Of a stretch of DNA of 64,000 bases, positions 10,601 to 21,098 are shown piece after piece. Source of the DNA: Actinocatenispora sp. (GTDB taxonomy: Bacteria; Actinomycetota; Actinomycetes; Mycobacteriales; Micromonosporaceae); NCBI GenBank assembly GCA_036503555.1, contig DASXWQ010000019.1:2302-66301 (forward strand), written 5' to 3'. A program made the position numbers and the translations under genes. Positions within the stretch are counted from its first letter, which is position 1; each line of letters starts with the position of its first letter. Below the pieces are notes generated by a model. That model did not search any database and was not told the origin of the DNA. It saw only the letters and a program-made list of their open reading frames with translations.

Positions 10601-11561
10601 CGCCGGCGAGCCGCTGCAGCTCGGCGAGCGGCACGTGGTGGTGGGCGGCGAGCGCCGACTGCTCGTCCTGCACGGCGCGCAGCACGGCGTCGACGGTGCC
10701 GGCCAGGCGTACCCGGACCGGGACGGTGTTGATCAGCAGCCCGACCATCGACTCGACACCCGGTACGTCCGCCGGCCGCCCCGACACGACCGCGCCGAAC
10801 AGCACGTCGTCGGCGTTCGCGGACCGGGCGATCACGAGCGCCCACGCCAGCTGGACGAGCGTGTTGACGGTGACGCCGGCGGCCCGGGCACGCCGGCGTA
10901 CGGCGTCGGCGGGCAGGGCCGTCTCGACGGTCTCCGGCAGCGTGGGGACCGTCGTCGCGTCGGCGGGGCGCAGCAGCGTCGGGCGTGCGCCGGCGAGCGC
11001 GGTGCGCCACGCCGCCAGCGCCGCGCCGGTGTCCTGCCGGTCCAGCCACGCCAGGTGGTCCCGGTACGCCGGGGCCGGCGGCAGCGTGCCACCGGCGTAC
11101 AGGGTGGTCAGTTCGGCGGCGAGGATCGGCATCGACCAGCCGTCGACGAGGATGTGGTGCAGGGTCAGGACCAGTTCGGCGCCGCCGTCGGCGTACCGCA
11201 CCAGCAGGGCTCGGACCAGCGGCGGACGCGCCGGGTCGAAGCGGCGCGACCGGTCCGCGGCGAGCAGCGGCTCGACCTCGTCGGTTGCCGCGTCCACCAC
11301 GCGCCACGGCACCGCGACCCGCTCCGGTACGGCCTGTACGACGCGGTCCGGCGCCACGTGCCGGAAGCAGGCGCGCAGGTTCGGATGCCGGGCGAGCAGG
11401 CCGTCGACCGCCGCCCGCAACGCGCCCTCGTCGACCGGCGCGGCCAGCCGGAACCGGGCCTGCACCTGGTAGAAGTCCGGGCCGGTGCCGCCGAGCAGGG
11501 CGTGGAACAGCAGGCCGTGCTGCGCCGGGGCGAGCGGCAGCACGTCGGTCAGCCGGGCCAA
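7686..11561 (-). CDS. NRPS termination module, C(DCL)-A(Val)-T-TE
   Basis: N-terminus [15 protein letters not shown] (DCL-like); HHILVDGWS; pocket code DAYWWGGTFK (Val); FFELGGHS; TE GRSFGG. TTG start after GAGGAGG, overlapping the upstream gene end. Confidence 0.95.
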   Translation of the reverse strand: MARLTDVLPLAPAQHGLLFHALLGGTGPDFYQVQARFRLAAPVDEGALRAAVDGLLARHPNLRACFRHVAPDRVVQAVPERVAVPWRVVDAATDEVEPLLAADRSRRFDPARPPLVRALLVRYADGGAELVLTLHHILVDGWSMPILAAELTTLYAGGTLPPAPAYRDHLAWLDRQDTGAALAAWRTALAGARPTLLRPADATTVPTLPETVETALPADAVRRRARAAGVTVNTLVQLAWALVIARSANADDVLFGAVVSGRPADVPGVESMVGLLINTVPVRVRLAGTVDAVLRAVQDEQSALAAHHHVPLAELQRLAGGDLFDTVLAYESFPRPAPPADGPRLVEVRDATHYPLTLAVVAGDALLLRLAYRPDRVSAAEAALLAARLRHTLTVLAGPDVPVGAVDVLPPAERAALLPTPTGAPFGAAGGRSHRAPGDFPDGAANGGEATVTGRFAARVAATPDAPAVTDARRTLSYAGLAEAADALAGSLAAHGVSAETPVAVALDRSVELVVCQLAVLRAGGCYVPLAPEAPAERLRRLVTDAAVRYVVADKPPDWLPDGVRWVAAAAAAPGPVADAARPASAAYVMFTSGSTGAPKGVVVTHEDVVALAADPRFGAHRRVLLHSPHTFDAATYEVWVPLLTGGTVVVAPPGPLAVDRLADLLAGVSAVWLTAELFRTVAELAPAALRGLTEVWAGGDVLDPTAVRRVRAACPGLTIVDGYGPTETTTFATAYRMDGAVPDGPVPIGRPLAGVRAYVLDSRLRPTPVGVVGELYLAGAGLARGYAGRTGATAARFVADPYVSGGRMYRTGDLVRRDPAGDLAFVGRADAQVKIRGHRVEPAEVEAALAGCPGVRAAAVAARPDPAGGQRLVAYVVPTDDDPPDAGPGPGARFVGSRSEGGNVLADVRRGLAGRLPRHLLPGAYVRLDALPLTAHGKVDRAALPDVPDRAPDPAPAADGRVATVCRLFAAVLGRGGIGPDDGFFELGGHSLAAMRLVAAIAADLSIRVPVSAVFAAPTPTLLAARLDAAVPDLGLAPLLPLRRDGSRTPLFCVHPGMGVGWTYAALLPHLPPDRPLYALQAPALFGGALPDGVESMADAYLARIAEVRPAGPYRLAGRSFGGLLAYELAVRLRAAGERVELVAVLDAAPQHGPVRVPDAELVAQETLRIVLRSGRVAVPDGPLDSDEVLDAVRAADGPLYGWPRRRLAVAAELCARHITLAHTYRPGAYDGPVTLVSATADGPPTAAKAAAWRRLAADVRVAELDCAHGELLHPGYAGRVAAVLEHGEV

Positions 11562-14500
11562 CGGTCGTCCTCCTCGTCGTCCAGCCCGTCCTCCAGCGCC
11601 TCGATCTGCGCCTGGTCCAGCCCGGCCAGCGGGAAGTCCGACGCGGTACCACCACCGTCCTGTGTGGACAGTCGGGCCAGCGCCGCGGCCCAGCCGTCGG
11701 CGAGCCCGGTCACGGCGTCGGTGTCGAGCCGGCCCGCGTCGTACGACCAGGTGGCGACGAGCGTCGCGCCGTCGGCGTACACGTCCAGCTCGATCAGGTG
11801 GGTGAGCGGGACGCCGCCGGAGTCGAGCAGCGCGAACGCGCCGGTGTGGTCCGCGTCGTCCAGCCGGCCCAGGTTGTTGAACCGCACGTCCGGCGTGCCG
11901 AGCCCGGCGAGCCCCGTGTGGCGCAGCAGCCCGTACCCGACGCCGCCGTCCGGCACCGCCCGCAGCAGCTCCTTGACGAGCTTCAGCGCGCGGCCCGGCG
12001 CGTCGACCTCCCGCCAGTACGCCGGGCCGGCGGGCTCCGCGGCCAGCCGCACCGGGTACTGCGTGGTGAACCAGCCGACGGTGCCGGACACGTCGAGGTC
12101 GGGCAGCACGTCCCGGCCGTGACCCTCCCGGTCCACGACGAGCGCGTCACCGTCGCCGCGCCAGCGCACCCCGGCCGCGAGCAGCGCGGTCAGCAGCACG
12201 TCGTCGACCCCGCACCGGAACGCCTTGAGCGTGCCCGGCAGCCAGCCGACCGGTACGGCGGTCCGCAGCGTCGCCCGCCGCCCGCTCGGCGTACCCGGCG
12301 CCGGCAGGCCCGGCCCCGCCAGCGTGTCCTGCCAGTACGCCAGGTCCGTCGCGGCCTTCTCGGCGTGCTCGCCGAGCGCCCGCGCCCAGGTCCGGAACGA
12401 CACCGGCGGCGCCGGCGGTACGGTGCCGTCGGCGAGCAGCCCGGCCAGCTCGGCGGCGAGGATGCGCCACGAGACGGTGTCGACGGCGAGGTGGTGCACG
12501 GTCAGCAGCAGGCACCCGCCGCCCTCGTACCAGACGGCGCGGACCGGGCCGGCGGTCGGGTCGATCCGCGTGGCGGCGGCGGTGTCGGCCGCGACCCGGC
12601 GGATCTCGCCGGCGGTCCAGCCCGCGGCGGGTACCCGGCGCAGCGCCGGGCCGGTGTCCGCCGGCCCGACGACCAGGCCGTCGTCGGTCAGCCGCAGCCG
12701 CAGCGCGCCGTGCCGGGCGACGAGCACGTGCAGCGCGGCGGCGACCCGCCGCACCGGCACGCCGACCGGTACGGGCAGCAGCGCGGACATCGTGAACGCG
12801 TCGGCGGGCCCGCCGAACTCCCGCCACCACCGCATCACCGGGGTCAGCGGCGCGGTACCGATGCCCGGGTCGTCGGGGGCGACGACCGGCGCGGCGCGGC
12901 CGGCGACCGCGGCGAGCGCCGCCGGGGTACGGGCGGTGAACACGTCGCGCGGGCCGAGCGTCAGCCCCGCCGCGCGGGCCCGGGCGGCGAGCTGGATCGC
13001 CATGATGCTGTCGCCGCCCAGCTCGAAGAACCCGTCGTCCACGCCGGTCCCCGGCACCCCGAGTACCTCGGCGAACAGCGCGCACAGCGTCTGCTCGACC
13101 GGGCCGGCCGGTGCCCGGGTCGCCGGCCGGGGGCCGCTGTCCGGTGCGGGCAGCGCGGCCCGGTCGAGCTTGCCGTTCGCGGTCACGGGCAGCTCGCCCA
13201 GCGGCACGAACGCCGCCGGCACGAGCTGCGCCGGGAGCACCGTGACCGCGTACGCGCGTACCTCGTCGGGCGCCGCCGACCCCGTCAGGTACGCGACGAG
13301 CCGCCGGTCGCCGGGCGTGTCCTCGCGTACCGTCACGACGGCGCGGGCGACCCCGGGATGCCGGGCCAGGACCGCCTCGATCTCCCCCGGCTCGACCCGT
13401 ACGCCGCGCACCTTGACCTGGTCGTCGGCCCGGCCGGTGAAGTCGAGCTGCCCGTCGGGACGCCAGCGGACCACGTCGCCGGTGCGGTACATGCGTTCAC
13501 CGGGCTGGTACGGATCGGCCACGAACCGTTCGGCGGTCGGGCCGGGGCGGCCCAGGTAGCCGCGGGCGATCCCCGGGCCCGCCAGGTACAGCTCGCCGGC
13601 CACGCCGACGGGCACCGGCGCGAGCCGCCCGTCCAGCACGTACGCCCGGAAGCCGGGCAAGGGTCGGCCGATCGCCGGCGCCGTACCGTCGGCCGGCACC
13701 GGATCCGACACGGTGGCCGCGACCGTCGCCTCCGTCGGCCCGTACGCGTTGCGGAACGACCGGCCCGCCGACCACGCCGCGACCAGCTCCGGCGGGCACG
13801 CCTCGGCCCCGACGCCGACCGTACGCAGGTCCGGGTACGCGCCGGGCGGGACGCCGGACAGGATCGTCGGCGGGACGAGCAGGGCGGTGACGGCCTCCGC
13901 GTCGAGGAACGCGCCGAGGTCGGCGCCGACCAGCGGCCCGGGCGGCGGTACCACCAGCGTGCCGCCGGCGCCGAACGCCAGGCACAGCTCCCCCACCGAG
14001 ATGTCGAACGCGGGCGTGCCCAGCAGCGGCACCCGGCTCGACGCGTCCACACCGAACGCGGTGGCCAGCCCGTCCGCCAGGCCGGCGACGCCGGCATGGG
14101 TGACCACGACACCCTTCGGCCGGCCCGTCGACCCGGACGTGTACATCACCCAGGCGGCGTCGTCGGGACCCGCCGGTACCGGCGGTGTGGTTGGCGAGCC
14201 GTCGACGAGCGGCACCTCGGTCGACGGCACGTCCGTCGCCGAATCGTCGACGAGCAGGCGCGGCACCTCGGTCGGCGGCAGGTCCGTCGCGGAGTCCGTG
14301 ACGAGCAGCGCGGGGCGCGCGTCGGCGAGCAGGTAGCGGATCCGGTCGGCCGGGTGGTCCGGGTCGACCGGCAGGTACGCGGCGCCCGCGGCGTGCACCG
14401 CGAGCAGCCCGGTCACCGCGGCGACCGACCGGCCGAGCGCCAGCGCGACGACCGTACCGGGGCCGGCGCCCGCCGCCGCCAGCCGGCCCGCCAGCGTCGC

Positions 14501-16096
14501 GACCCGGCCGGCCAGCTCCGCGTACGTCAGGCGCTCGGTGCCGGCGTCGACCGCGACGGCATCCGGGGTGGCCTCGGCGTGCCGGGTGACGAGGTCGACG
14601 AGCGTCGCGGGCGGCGGCGCGGGCCGGCCGGATCCGGCGTCGTCGAGCCACCTCCGCTGCTCCGCGGGAAGCCACGGCACGGCGTCGACCGGCGCGTCCG
14701 GCGCGGCCAGCACCGCAGCGACGAGCCCGGCGAACGCGTCCGCCCAGCGGCGCACCGTGGCCGGCGGGTACACGTCGGTGCGGATCTCCAGCGTGCCCTC
14801 GATGCCGTCCGCAGTGTCCCGCAGGATGCCGACCAGGTCGTGCTCGCCGCCGGTGTGCACCCGGCGCGGGTCGGCGATCGACCGCAGCGCGTCCACGCTC
14901 GGCTGCACCGGCAGGTGCATGAACACCCAGCGGAACAGCGGCGAGCGGCCCGGCACGCGCACCGGGTCGACCGCCGTCACGATCCGGCCCACCGGTACGT
15001 CCGCGTGCGCCAGCAACGCCGGGAACTCGGCGGTGAACCCCGCCAGCAGCGCGCCGAACGTGTCCGCCGGCCCGATCCGCCACCGCGTCGGCACCGCGTT
15101 CATCACGTACCCGATGGTGCGGGCGAGGCCGCGCGCCGACCGGTTCGCGCTCGGCGTGCCGAGCACCACGTCGTCCGCGCCCGACAGCCGGTGCGCGAAC
15201 ACCGCGAACGCGGTCATGAGCACGCCGTACACCGTCGCGTCGTGCCGCCGGGCGAAGTCGCGTACCGCCGCGGCCAGCTCCGCGTCCAGCCGGAACGGCA
15301 CCTGCTCGATGTCGAACGAGTCGGCCGGCGCGTCGGCACCGACGGTCAGCGGCGGCGGCGGATCCGTCAGGTACCGGCGCCAGAAGTCGAGCTGCGCGTC
15401 GAACACGCCCGCGGTCTCCAACTCGCCCTGCCAGCCGGCGAAGTCCGCGTACTGGGCCGGCGGGCGGTCGTGCGGCAACGGGGCGCCGTCGCGCACCGTC
15501 CGGTACGCGGCGGTGAACTCGCCGTGCAGCACGTCGAACGACCACCAGTCCGTCGCGATGTGGTGCAGCGCCAGGACCAGCGTGCTGCGCCGCTCGTCCA
15601 CCGTGATCAGCCGGCCCCGGATCGGCGCCTGCCGCGCCAGGTCGAACCGGGTCCGGCTGAACGCCGCCAGCTCGCCGGCAAGATCCGTCCCCGTGTCGCT
15701 CAGGTCCACCCGCTCCAGCGGGAACTCCCCCGCCGGCTCGTACGCCACGCGCGGATCCTCGACCGGCCCGACGATCCGCATCCGCAGCACGTCGTGCTGC
15801 GCGCACACCGCCGCCAGCGCCGCCGTCAGGTCCGCCGGCGACACCGGCTCGTCGAAGTGGTACGCGCAGCACAGGTTGAGCGCCGCCGCGTCCGGGTAGA
15901 GCGCCTCGAACACCCACAGGTCGCGCTGCGCGGGGCTGAGCCGGTCCGGGGCGCCAGGGGTACGCGGCGGTACGACGGCCGGGATGTCGCCGAGCCGGTC
16001 CGCCGCGACCAGCCTGCGCAGCAGCGCGACGCGCTGCTCGCTGGACAGCGCCGCGAACCGCTCCGCCGTCGACGGGCGCCGCTCACGCTCGCTCAT
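11549..16096 (-). CDS. NRPS, C-A-T-E
   Basis: Atypical C motif HHIATDWWS; A motif [10 protein letters not shown]; T motif FFELGGDS; E motifs [21 protein letters not shown]; C-terminal COM-like [15 protein letters not shown] at 16096 after GGAGG. Pocket code about DIGLGGAVAK (unassigned). Confidence 0.95.
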   Translation of the reverse strand: MSERERRPSTAERFAALSSEQRVALLRRLVAADRLGDIPAVVPPRTPGAPDRLSPAQRDLWVFEALYPDAAALNLCCAYHFDEPVSPADLTAALAAVCAQHDVLRMRIVGPVEDPRVAYEPAGEFPLERVDLSDTGTDLAGELAAFSRTRFDLARQAPIRGRLITVDERRSTLVLALHHIATDWWSFDVLHGEFTAAYRTVRDGAPLPHDRPPAQYADFAGWQGELETAGVFDAQLDFWRRYLTDPPPPLTVGADAPADSFDIEQVPFRLDAELAAAVRDFARRHDATVYGVLMTAFAVFAHRLSGADDVVLGTPSANRSARGLARTIGYVMNAVPTRWRIGPADTFGALLAGFTAEFPALLAHADVPVGRIVTAVDPVRVPGRSPLFRWVFMHLPVQPSVDALRSIADPRRVHTGGEHDLVGILRDTADGIEGTLEIRTDVYPPATVRRWADAFAGLVAAVLAAPDAPVDAVPWLPAEQRRWLDDAGSGRPAPPPATLVDLVTRHAEATPDAVAVDAGTERLTYAELAGRVATLAGRLAAAGAGPGTVVALALGRSVAAVTGLLAVHAAGAAYLPVDPDHPADRIRYLLADARPALLVTDSATDLPPTEVPRLLVDDSATDVPSTEVPLVDGSPTTPPVPAGPDDAAWVMYTSGSTGRPKGVVVTHAGVAGLADGLATAFGVDASSRVPLLGTPAFDISVGELCLAFGAGGTLVVPPPGPLVGADLGAFLDAEAVTALLVPPTILSGVPPGAYPDLRTVGVGAEACPPELVAAWSAGRSFRNAYGPTEATVAATVSDPVPADGTAPAIGRPLPGFRAYVLDGRLAPVPVGVAGELYLAGPGIARGYLGRPGPTAERFVADPYQPGERMYRTGDVVRWRPDGQLDFTGRADDQVKVRGVRVEPGEIEAVLARHPGVARAVVTVREDTPGDRRLVAYLTGSAAPDEVRAYAVTVLPAQLVPAAFVPLGELPVTANGKLDRAALPAPDSGPRPATRAPAGPVEQTLCALFAEVLGVPGTGVDDGFFELGGDSIMAIQLAARARAAGLTLGPRDVFTARTPAALAAVAGRAAPVVAPDDPGIGTAPLTPVMRWWREFGGPADAFTMSALLPVPVGVPVRRVAAALHVLVARHGALRLRLTDDGLVVGPADTGPALRRVPAAGWTAGEIRRVAADTAAATRIDPTAGPVRAVWYEGGGCLLLTVHHLAVDTVSWRILAAELAGLLADGTVPPAPPVSFRTWARALGEHAEKAATDLAYWQDTLAGPGLPAPGTPSGRRATLRTAVPVGWLPGTLKAFRCGVDDVLLTALLAAGVRWRGDGDALVVDREGHGRDVLPDLDVSGTVGWFTTQYPVRLAAEPAGPAYWREVDAPGRALKLVKELLRAVPDGGVGYGLLRHTGLAGLGTPDVRFNNLGRLDDADHTGAFALLDSGGVPLTHLIELDVYADGATLVATWSYDAGRLDTDAVTGLADGWAAALARLSTQDGGGTASDFPLAGLDQAQIEALEDGLDDEEDDRWPG
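14201..14308. repeat. In-frame tandem duplication inside an NRPS A domain
   Basis: Two imperfect units of about 45-51 bp encoding [17 protein letters not shown] and [16 protein letters not shown]. Confidence 0.75.
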
Positions 16097-16221
16097 GACC
16101 GCGCCTCCCCCCGGTCGGACCGCCCACGAGGCACCACCGCACAGCACTCCCGATTCACTCGCTCACGCTCGCTCATGGCCACTCCTCCCCCCGGTCGGAC
16201 GCTTCCGGTGCGCTCGCTCAT
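16081..16221 (-). repeat. Intercistronic RBS+ATG direct repeat containing a 42-codon bridging ORF (16093-16221), MIRU-like
   Basis: 40-nt units at 16081-16120 and 16161-16200 match at 37/40, with a partial third copy at 16211-16221. The small ORF starts in TGATG with the monooxygenase stop and ends in ATGA with the NRPS start. Confidence 0.8.
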
Positions 16222-17273
16222 CACGTCGCGGCCTTTCCGAGGGTGGCCAGGCGGCGCAGCCCGGCCAGGACGTCGTCCGTGTCGAGGCCGAAGTCGACGA
16301 AGCAGGCGACCTCGTCGCAGCCCACCTCGGCGAGGTCGGCCAGGGTGGCGCGGCAGGTGTCGGGCGAACCGAGCAGGCTGCCCCAGGTCAGGTACCGCCG
16401 CAGCGCGAACCCGGCCAGCTGGTCGAGCTGCGCCTCGTCGAGGGCGGCGGCGCGGCCGTCCCCGGCGCGGTTCGCGGCGGTCTGCGCCACGTACGACGTG
16501 AGGTACGCCCGGAGCGGTGCGTCCACGCGGCGCAGCGCGTCGGCGTCGTCGACCCCGACGTACGCGTGGGCCATCAGCGTGACCGTGCCGCGTTCGCCGG
16601 TGCCGGCCTGTTCGGGCGCCGCCGCGTACGCCGCGCGGTACCGGGCGATCTTGTCGGCCAGCTCCTCGCGTGTCTGGCCGATCGTCGCGGCGAGCACGTT
16701 GGTACGCAGCCGGCCCGCCGCTTCCCACGTCGCCGGGTTGCCGGAACTGGTCAGCCACAGCGGCAGCCGGGGCGAGAACGGCGCCGGCTGCGGGCGTACC
16801 GCGACGGTGCGGCCGGTGCCGTCGGTGAACTCGGCTGGCTCCCCCGCCCACAGCCGGCGCAGCAGCCCGATGTCGCGGAGCGCCCGCTCGCGCCGGTCCG
16901 CGTAGTGGTCCGGGGCGAGCACGAAGTCCGCCGAGTGCCAACCGGTCGCCACCGAGATCCCGACCCGGCCGCGGGACAGGTTGTCCACGACGGCCCAGTC
17001 CTCCACCACCCGCAGCGGATGGTGCAGCGGGAGTACGACGCTGCCGGCGCGGACCGCGATGCGTTCGGTCGCGACGGCCAGCGCGGCGGACAGCACCGGC
17101 GGGCTCGGGAACACCTGCCCCACCTGCTGGAAGTGCCGCTCCGGTGTCCACACCGCGGTGAACCCCAGGTCGTCCGCGGCGCGCGCGATCGTCAGGATCT
17201 CGTCGTACTTCGCGGCGTGGCCGCCGCCGGCGCCCGCGTCGTCGGCGCCGAAGAACATCACGGACAGGTCCAC
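16221..17273 (-). CDS. MupA/Atu3671-type FMN-dependent luciferase-like monooxygenase
   Basis: MDLSVMFF, AVWTPERHF, FPSPPV, RAGSVVLPLHHPLRVVEDWAVVDNLSRGRV, GWHSADF, EVACFVDFG. Confidence 0.9.
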   Translation of the reverse strand: MDLSVMFFGADDAGAGGGHAAKYDEILTIARAADDLGFTAVWTPERHFQQVGQVFPSPPVLSAALAVATERIAVRAGSVVLPLHHPLRVVEDWAVVDNLSRGRVGISVATGWHSADFVLAPDHYADRRERALRDIGLLRRLWAGEPAEFTDGTGRTVAVRPQPAPFSPRLPLWLTSSGNPATWEAAGRLRTNVLAATIGQTREELADKIARYRAAYAAAPEQAGTGERGTVTLMAHAYVGVDDADALRRVDAPLRAYLTSYVAQTAANRAGDGRAAALDEAQLDQLAGFALRRYLTWGSLLGSPDTCRATLADLAEVGCDEVACFVDFGLDTDDVLAGLRRLATLGKAAT

Positions 17274-17276
17274 GTC

Positions 17277-20200
17277 TCAGCCCTCCGTCCGCGCGCCGGG
17301 CTCCGCCGACACCGGCCCACCGCCGAGCGGTACGCGGCGGCGGCGCGGAATGGGTGCCGCCGCGACCGGGTCCAACCGGCCGAGCAGATCGGCGAGCGCG
17401 CGTACGGTCGGCGCCGTGAACAGGTGGTTCGCGGTCGCCGGCAGGCACTCGCGGGTCGCGATCCGGGCCGCGACGCGGACCGCGCGCAGCGAGTTGCCGC
17501 CCAGCGCGAAGAAGTCGTCGTCCGGCCCGACCGCGGGTACGCCCAGCACGTCGGCCCAGATCCCGGCCAACCGCCGCACCAGCTCGGCGTCGCCGGCCGG
17601 CGCGGCGTCGGCCGATGCACCGGCGGATCCGGTGATCACCCCGTCGGGCACGGGCAGCGGATCGTACGGGGTGGCCGGTGGGTCGGGTGGCGGGCCGGGG
17701 AGGGCCGTCAGCGCGGCGATCCGGGCGTCCGGGTCCGCCGGCAGCGCGGTCAGCGTCGCGACCAGTGCGTCGGCCAGCCACGCCGGCACCTCGGGCGCGA
17801 ACTCGTCCGTCCGGTACTCCACCGTCAGCGCGATCCCGGCCGGCCCGCCCGCCGCGTCGTGGTGGTCGGTGACGTCGACCAGCAGCGGGAACCGCGCCGC
17901 GCCGGTGCGTACCACCTCCATCGGGGCGGCGACACCGGGCAGCGTGAGCGTGGCGCGGGCGTTGTTCTGTAGGGCCAGCACGACGTCGACCAGCGGGTGG
18001 CGGCCCGGCCGGCGCGGCGGGTTGAGCGCCGCCACGACCGACTCGAACGGCACCTCCTGGTGCGCGAACGCCGCGACGTCGACCGTGCGTACCCGGGTGA
18101 GCAGGTCCGCGACGCTGTCGTCGTCCGACACCGCGGTGCGCAGGACGACCAGGTTGACGAAGAAACCCACCGCGTCGTCGTCGCTCGTACGGCCGGAGAC
18201 CGGGGCACCGAGCGCCACGTCCCGGCCCGCACCGGCGGCGGACAGCACCGCGGCGAGCCCGGCGTGCAGCACCATGAACAGCGTCGCGCCGTACCGCCGG
18301 GCCAGGTCGTCCAGCGCGGCGTGCGTCGCCGGGGACAGCCGGCGTACCACTGTCGACGCGGCGGGCCCCGGCACCGCCGGCCGGTCCGCCCGGCGCGGCA
18401 GCGCGGTGCCGTCCGGGATTCCCCGCAACGCCTCCCGCCAGTACCCCAGCGCCGCGTCGTCGACCGCCGCCCCCCGCACAGCCCCTGTCGGTGCGGCGCG
18501 CTCCGGTGCGGCGACGCCGTCGAGCCGGGCCCGGTACGCCGCGGACAGGTCCCGGACCAGCGGTGGCAGCGACCAGCCGTCGACCGCGATGTGGTGCATG
18601 ACGAGCAGCAGCGCGTGCGCGGACGGGTCGGCGCGGTCGGTGCACAGTGTGGCCCGGATCGGCGGTTCGGCCGCCAGGTCGAACCGGTACCGCGCCGCGG
18701 CCGCCACCACGGCCGCCGGGTCGCCGGTCACGACGTCCAGGACCGGCCGTACCCGGGCGGCGGGCAGCACCCGGCGCACCGGCGTCCCGTCCTCCGCGGC
18801 GAACAGGGTACGCAGCGACTCGTGCCGCGCGGCGACGTCCGCGAGCGCGCCGCGTACCGCATCGGGGTCGACGTGGCCGTGCCAGCGGAACAGGATCGGC
18901 ATCGTGTACGCCACGTCCGCGTCCGCCTGGTCCAGGAACCACAGCCTGCGCTGCGCCGCGGACAGCGTCCGCGCGTCGTCGGAGGCCGGCTCGGCCGACG
19001 GTACGGGCGCCGGCCCGGTGCCGCGCAGCAGCGGGGCGAGCGCGGCCGGGGTCGGCGCCGCGAAGACCGCGGGTACGCCCGGCTCGGCGCCGAGCGCGGC
19101 GCGGATCCGGATCAGCAGCCGCGCCACCGACAGCGAGTTGCCGCCCAGGGCGAAGAAGTCGTCGTCCGCCGCGACCGTCGGCAGGTCGAGCACCTCGGCG
19201 AACAACGCGCACACCACCGCCACGTCCGCGTCGCCGGCCGGGCCCGGCAGCGACGCGCCGGGCGCACCGGTCGTGGTACGCGGGGCGGTCTGGGCCGGAG
19301 GGCCGCCCGCCGCCGGCAGGTCCACGGAGTCGGCCGGGGCGCGCGAGCCGAGGGGCGGGGGCGGGGCGGCGAGGAGGGCGGCGCGGTCGAGCTTGCCGGT
19401 GGCGGTCAGCGGCAGCGACCCGACGGGCCGGTACGCGGCGGGCAGCATGAAGTCCGGCAGTACGGCGGCGGCGTGCGCGCGCAGGTCGTCGGCGGCGGGC
19501 GGGTCGCCGTCGGGCACGACGTACGCGACGAGCCGGCGCTCGCCGCGCGGGTCGGTGTCCGCGACGGCCGCGGCGCGGCGTACCCGAGGGTGCGCGGCGA
19601 GGGCCGCCTCGACCTCGGCCGGTTCGACCCGGAAGCCGCGGATCTTGACCTGGGCGTCGGCACGCCCGACGTACGTGAGGGTGCCGCCGGCGTGCCGGCG
19701 GACGAGGTCGCCGGTGCGGTAGAGCCGGTCGCCCGGCGGGCCGTACGGGTTGGCGACGAACCGTTCCGCGCTCGCGCGGGGATCGTGCAGGTAGCCGTGC
19801 GCGGTGCCGGCGCCGGCGGCGTACAGCTCGCCGACCGCACCGGGCGCGACGGGCCGCAGGTGCTCGTCGAGCACGTGTACCTGGTGGCCGGCGATCGGCC
19901 GCCCGATGGGTACGGGGCCGTCCGCGTCCGGCGCGACCGGGTGCGTGGTCACGAAGATCATGCTCTCGACCGGGCCGTACCCGTTGCGCAGCACCAGATC
20001 CGGGTACGCCGCAAGCGCCCGCCGCACGTGCGCCGGGGACAGCGCCTCGCCGCCGACGACCAGGTGCCGCAGGCCGGCGAGCGCCCCCGGGTACTCGTCG
20101 ACGACCAGGTTGAACAGGCTGGCCGACAGGTACATGGCGGTGACGCCGTGCTCCGCGACGAGCCGCGCCATCAGCAGCGGGTCGGGGCGCGCGCCGGGGT

Positions 20201-20900
20201 GCAGCACGCAGGTGCCGCCGAAGCACAGCGCACCCCACAGTTCCAGCGCGAACGCGTCCCAGGACACCGGCGCGACCGACAGCCACCGGGTACCGGCGGT
20301 GAACGGCAGGTAGTCCTGGCCGGCGAGCGTGCCGACGATCGCCCGGTGCGGCGCGACGACACCCTTCGGCCGGCCGGTCGACCCGGACGTGAACATCACG
20401 CACGCCACGTCCCCCGCCCGCACCACCGCACCGCCCGCGCCCGACCCGGCACCATCGTCAGCCCCGGCGGCGGCCCGGTCCGATCCGGCGCCCGCGACCG
20501 GCCCGGCACCGTGGGCCGGCCCGGCAACTGCGTCGGCGGGATCCGCTGGTACGGAAGGAAAGCCGGGCAGGGGGTGGCCGACGACGGTGGCGACCCGGGC
20601 GGTGGTGGCGAGCTCGGACCGGCGCTCGGCGGGCAGGTCGGGGTCGAGCACCAGGTAGCCGGCGCCGGCCTTGAGCACGCCGAGCAGCCCGACCACGAGG
20701 TCGGTGCACCGGGGCAGGTGCACCGCGACGAGGTCACCGGCGCGTACGCCGGCGGCGGTGAGGCGGGTGGCGAGCGCCGACGCCGCGCCGTCCAGCTCCG
20801 CGTACGTGACGGTGTCGGCGCCGGACACCAGCGCGACCGCGTCGCCGCGCCGCGCGGCCTGCCGTTCGACCAGCTCGTGCACGCAGCGCGGGGTGCTCAT
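17277..20900 (-). CDS. NRPS starter, A-T-C-T (second module lacks an A domain)
   Basis: [10 protein letters not shown] and NGYGPVES (pocket code about DALYVGGIFK, aliphatic class); two FFALGGNS thiolation motifs flanking C motif [12 protein letters not shown] at 20900 overlaps the MbtH stop (ATGA). Confidence 0.93.
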   Translation of the reverse strand: MSTPRCVHELVERQAARRGDAVALVSGADTVTYAELDGAASALATRLTAAGVRAGDLVAVHLPRCTDLVVGLLGVLKAGAGYLVLDPDLPAERRSELATTARVATVVGHPLPGFPSVPADPADAVAGPAHGAGPVAGAGSDRAAAGADDGAGSGAGGAVVRAGDVACVMFTSGSTGRPKGVVAPHRAIVGTLAGQDYLPFTAGTRWLSVAPVSWDAFALELWGALCFGGTCVLHPGARPDPLLMARLVAEHGVTAMYLSASLFNLVVDEYPGALAGLRHLVVGGEALSPAHVRRALAAYPDLVLRNGYGPVESMIFVTTHPVAPDADGPVPIGRPIAGHQVHVLDEHLRPVAPGAVGELYAAGAGTAHGYLHDPRASAERFVANPYGPPGDRLYRTGDLVRRHAGGTLTYVGRADAQVKIRGFRVEPAEVEAALAAHPRVRRAAAVADTDPRGERRLVAYVVPDGDPPAADDLRAHAAAVLPDFMLPAAYRPVGSLPLTATGKLDRAALLAAPPPPLGSRAPADSVDLPAAGGPPAQTAPRTTTGAPGASLPGPAGDADVAVVCALFAEVLDLPTVAADDDFFALGGNSLSVARLLIRIRAALGAEPGVPAVFAAPTPAALAPLLRGTGPAPVPSAEPASDDARTLSAAQRRLWFLDQADADVAYTMPILFRWHGHVDPDAVRGALADVAARHESLRTLFAAEDGTPVRRVLPAARVRPVLDVVTGDPAAVVAAAARYRFDLAAEPPIRATLCTDRADPSAHALLLVMHHIAVDGWSLPPLVRDLSAAYRARLDGVAAPERAAPTGAVRGAAVDDAALGYWREALRGIPDGTALPRRADRPAVPGPAASTVVRRLSPATHAALDDLARRYGATLFMVLHAGLAAVLSAAGAGRDVALGAPVSGRTSDDDAVGFFVNLVVLRTAVSDDDSVADLLTRVRTVDVAAFAHQEVPFESVVAALNPPRRPGRHPLVDVVLALQNNARATLTLPGVAAPMEVVRTGAARFPLLVDVTDHHDAAGGPAGIALTVEYRTDEFAPEVPAWLADALVATLTALPADPDARIAALTALPGPPPDPPATPYDPLPVPDGVITGSAGASADAAPAGDAELVRRLAGIWADVLGVPAVGPDDDFFALGGNSLRAVRVAARIATRECLPATANHLFTAPTVRALADLLGRLDPVAAAPIPRRRRVPLGGGPVSAEPGARTEG

Positions 20901-21097
20901 CGGCGCAGGCTCGCGGGCCGCAGGTCGGTCCAGTGGGTCTCGACGTACGCGAGGCAGTCGGCGCGGCTCGCCGCCTCGACGACCACCCGCCAGCCGGCGG
21001 GTACGTCCACGTCCGCGGGCCACAGCGAGTGCTGCTCCTCGTCGTTGACAAGGACCCGGTAGGTGGCTTCGTCGTCCTCGAAGGGGTTGGTGCGCAC
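20897..21097 (-). CDS. mbtH: MbtH-like protein
   Basis: [32 protein letters not shown]. Confidence 0.97.
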   Translation of the reverse strand: MRTNPFEDDEATYRVLVNDEEQHSLWPADVDVPAGWRVVVEAASRADCLAYVETHWTDLRPASLRR

Positions 21098-21098
21098 G

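Noticed and set aside
11657-11669. GTCCTGTGTGGAC as a fifth copy of the palindrome
   Set aside because: Two mismatches; could be chance.
4395-12122. 2575-aa plus-strand ORF, and similar giants at 10985-16501, 17997-21062 and 40029-44606
   Set aside because: Antisense shadows of real genes in high-GC DNA; Arg/Gly/Pro-rich with no domain motifs.
16081-16200. 40-nt repeats with a 40-nt spacer as a mini-CRISPR
   Set aside because: Only two full units, each an RBS plus start codon, and no cas genes.
16093-16221. 42-aa peptide with CC as a RiPP precursor
   Set aside because: Explained by the repeat element; no RiPP maturases nearby.
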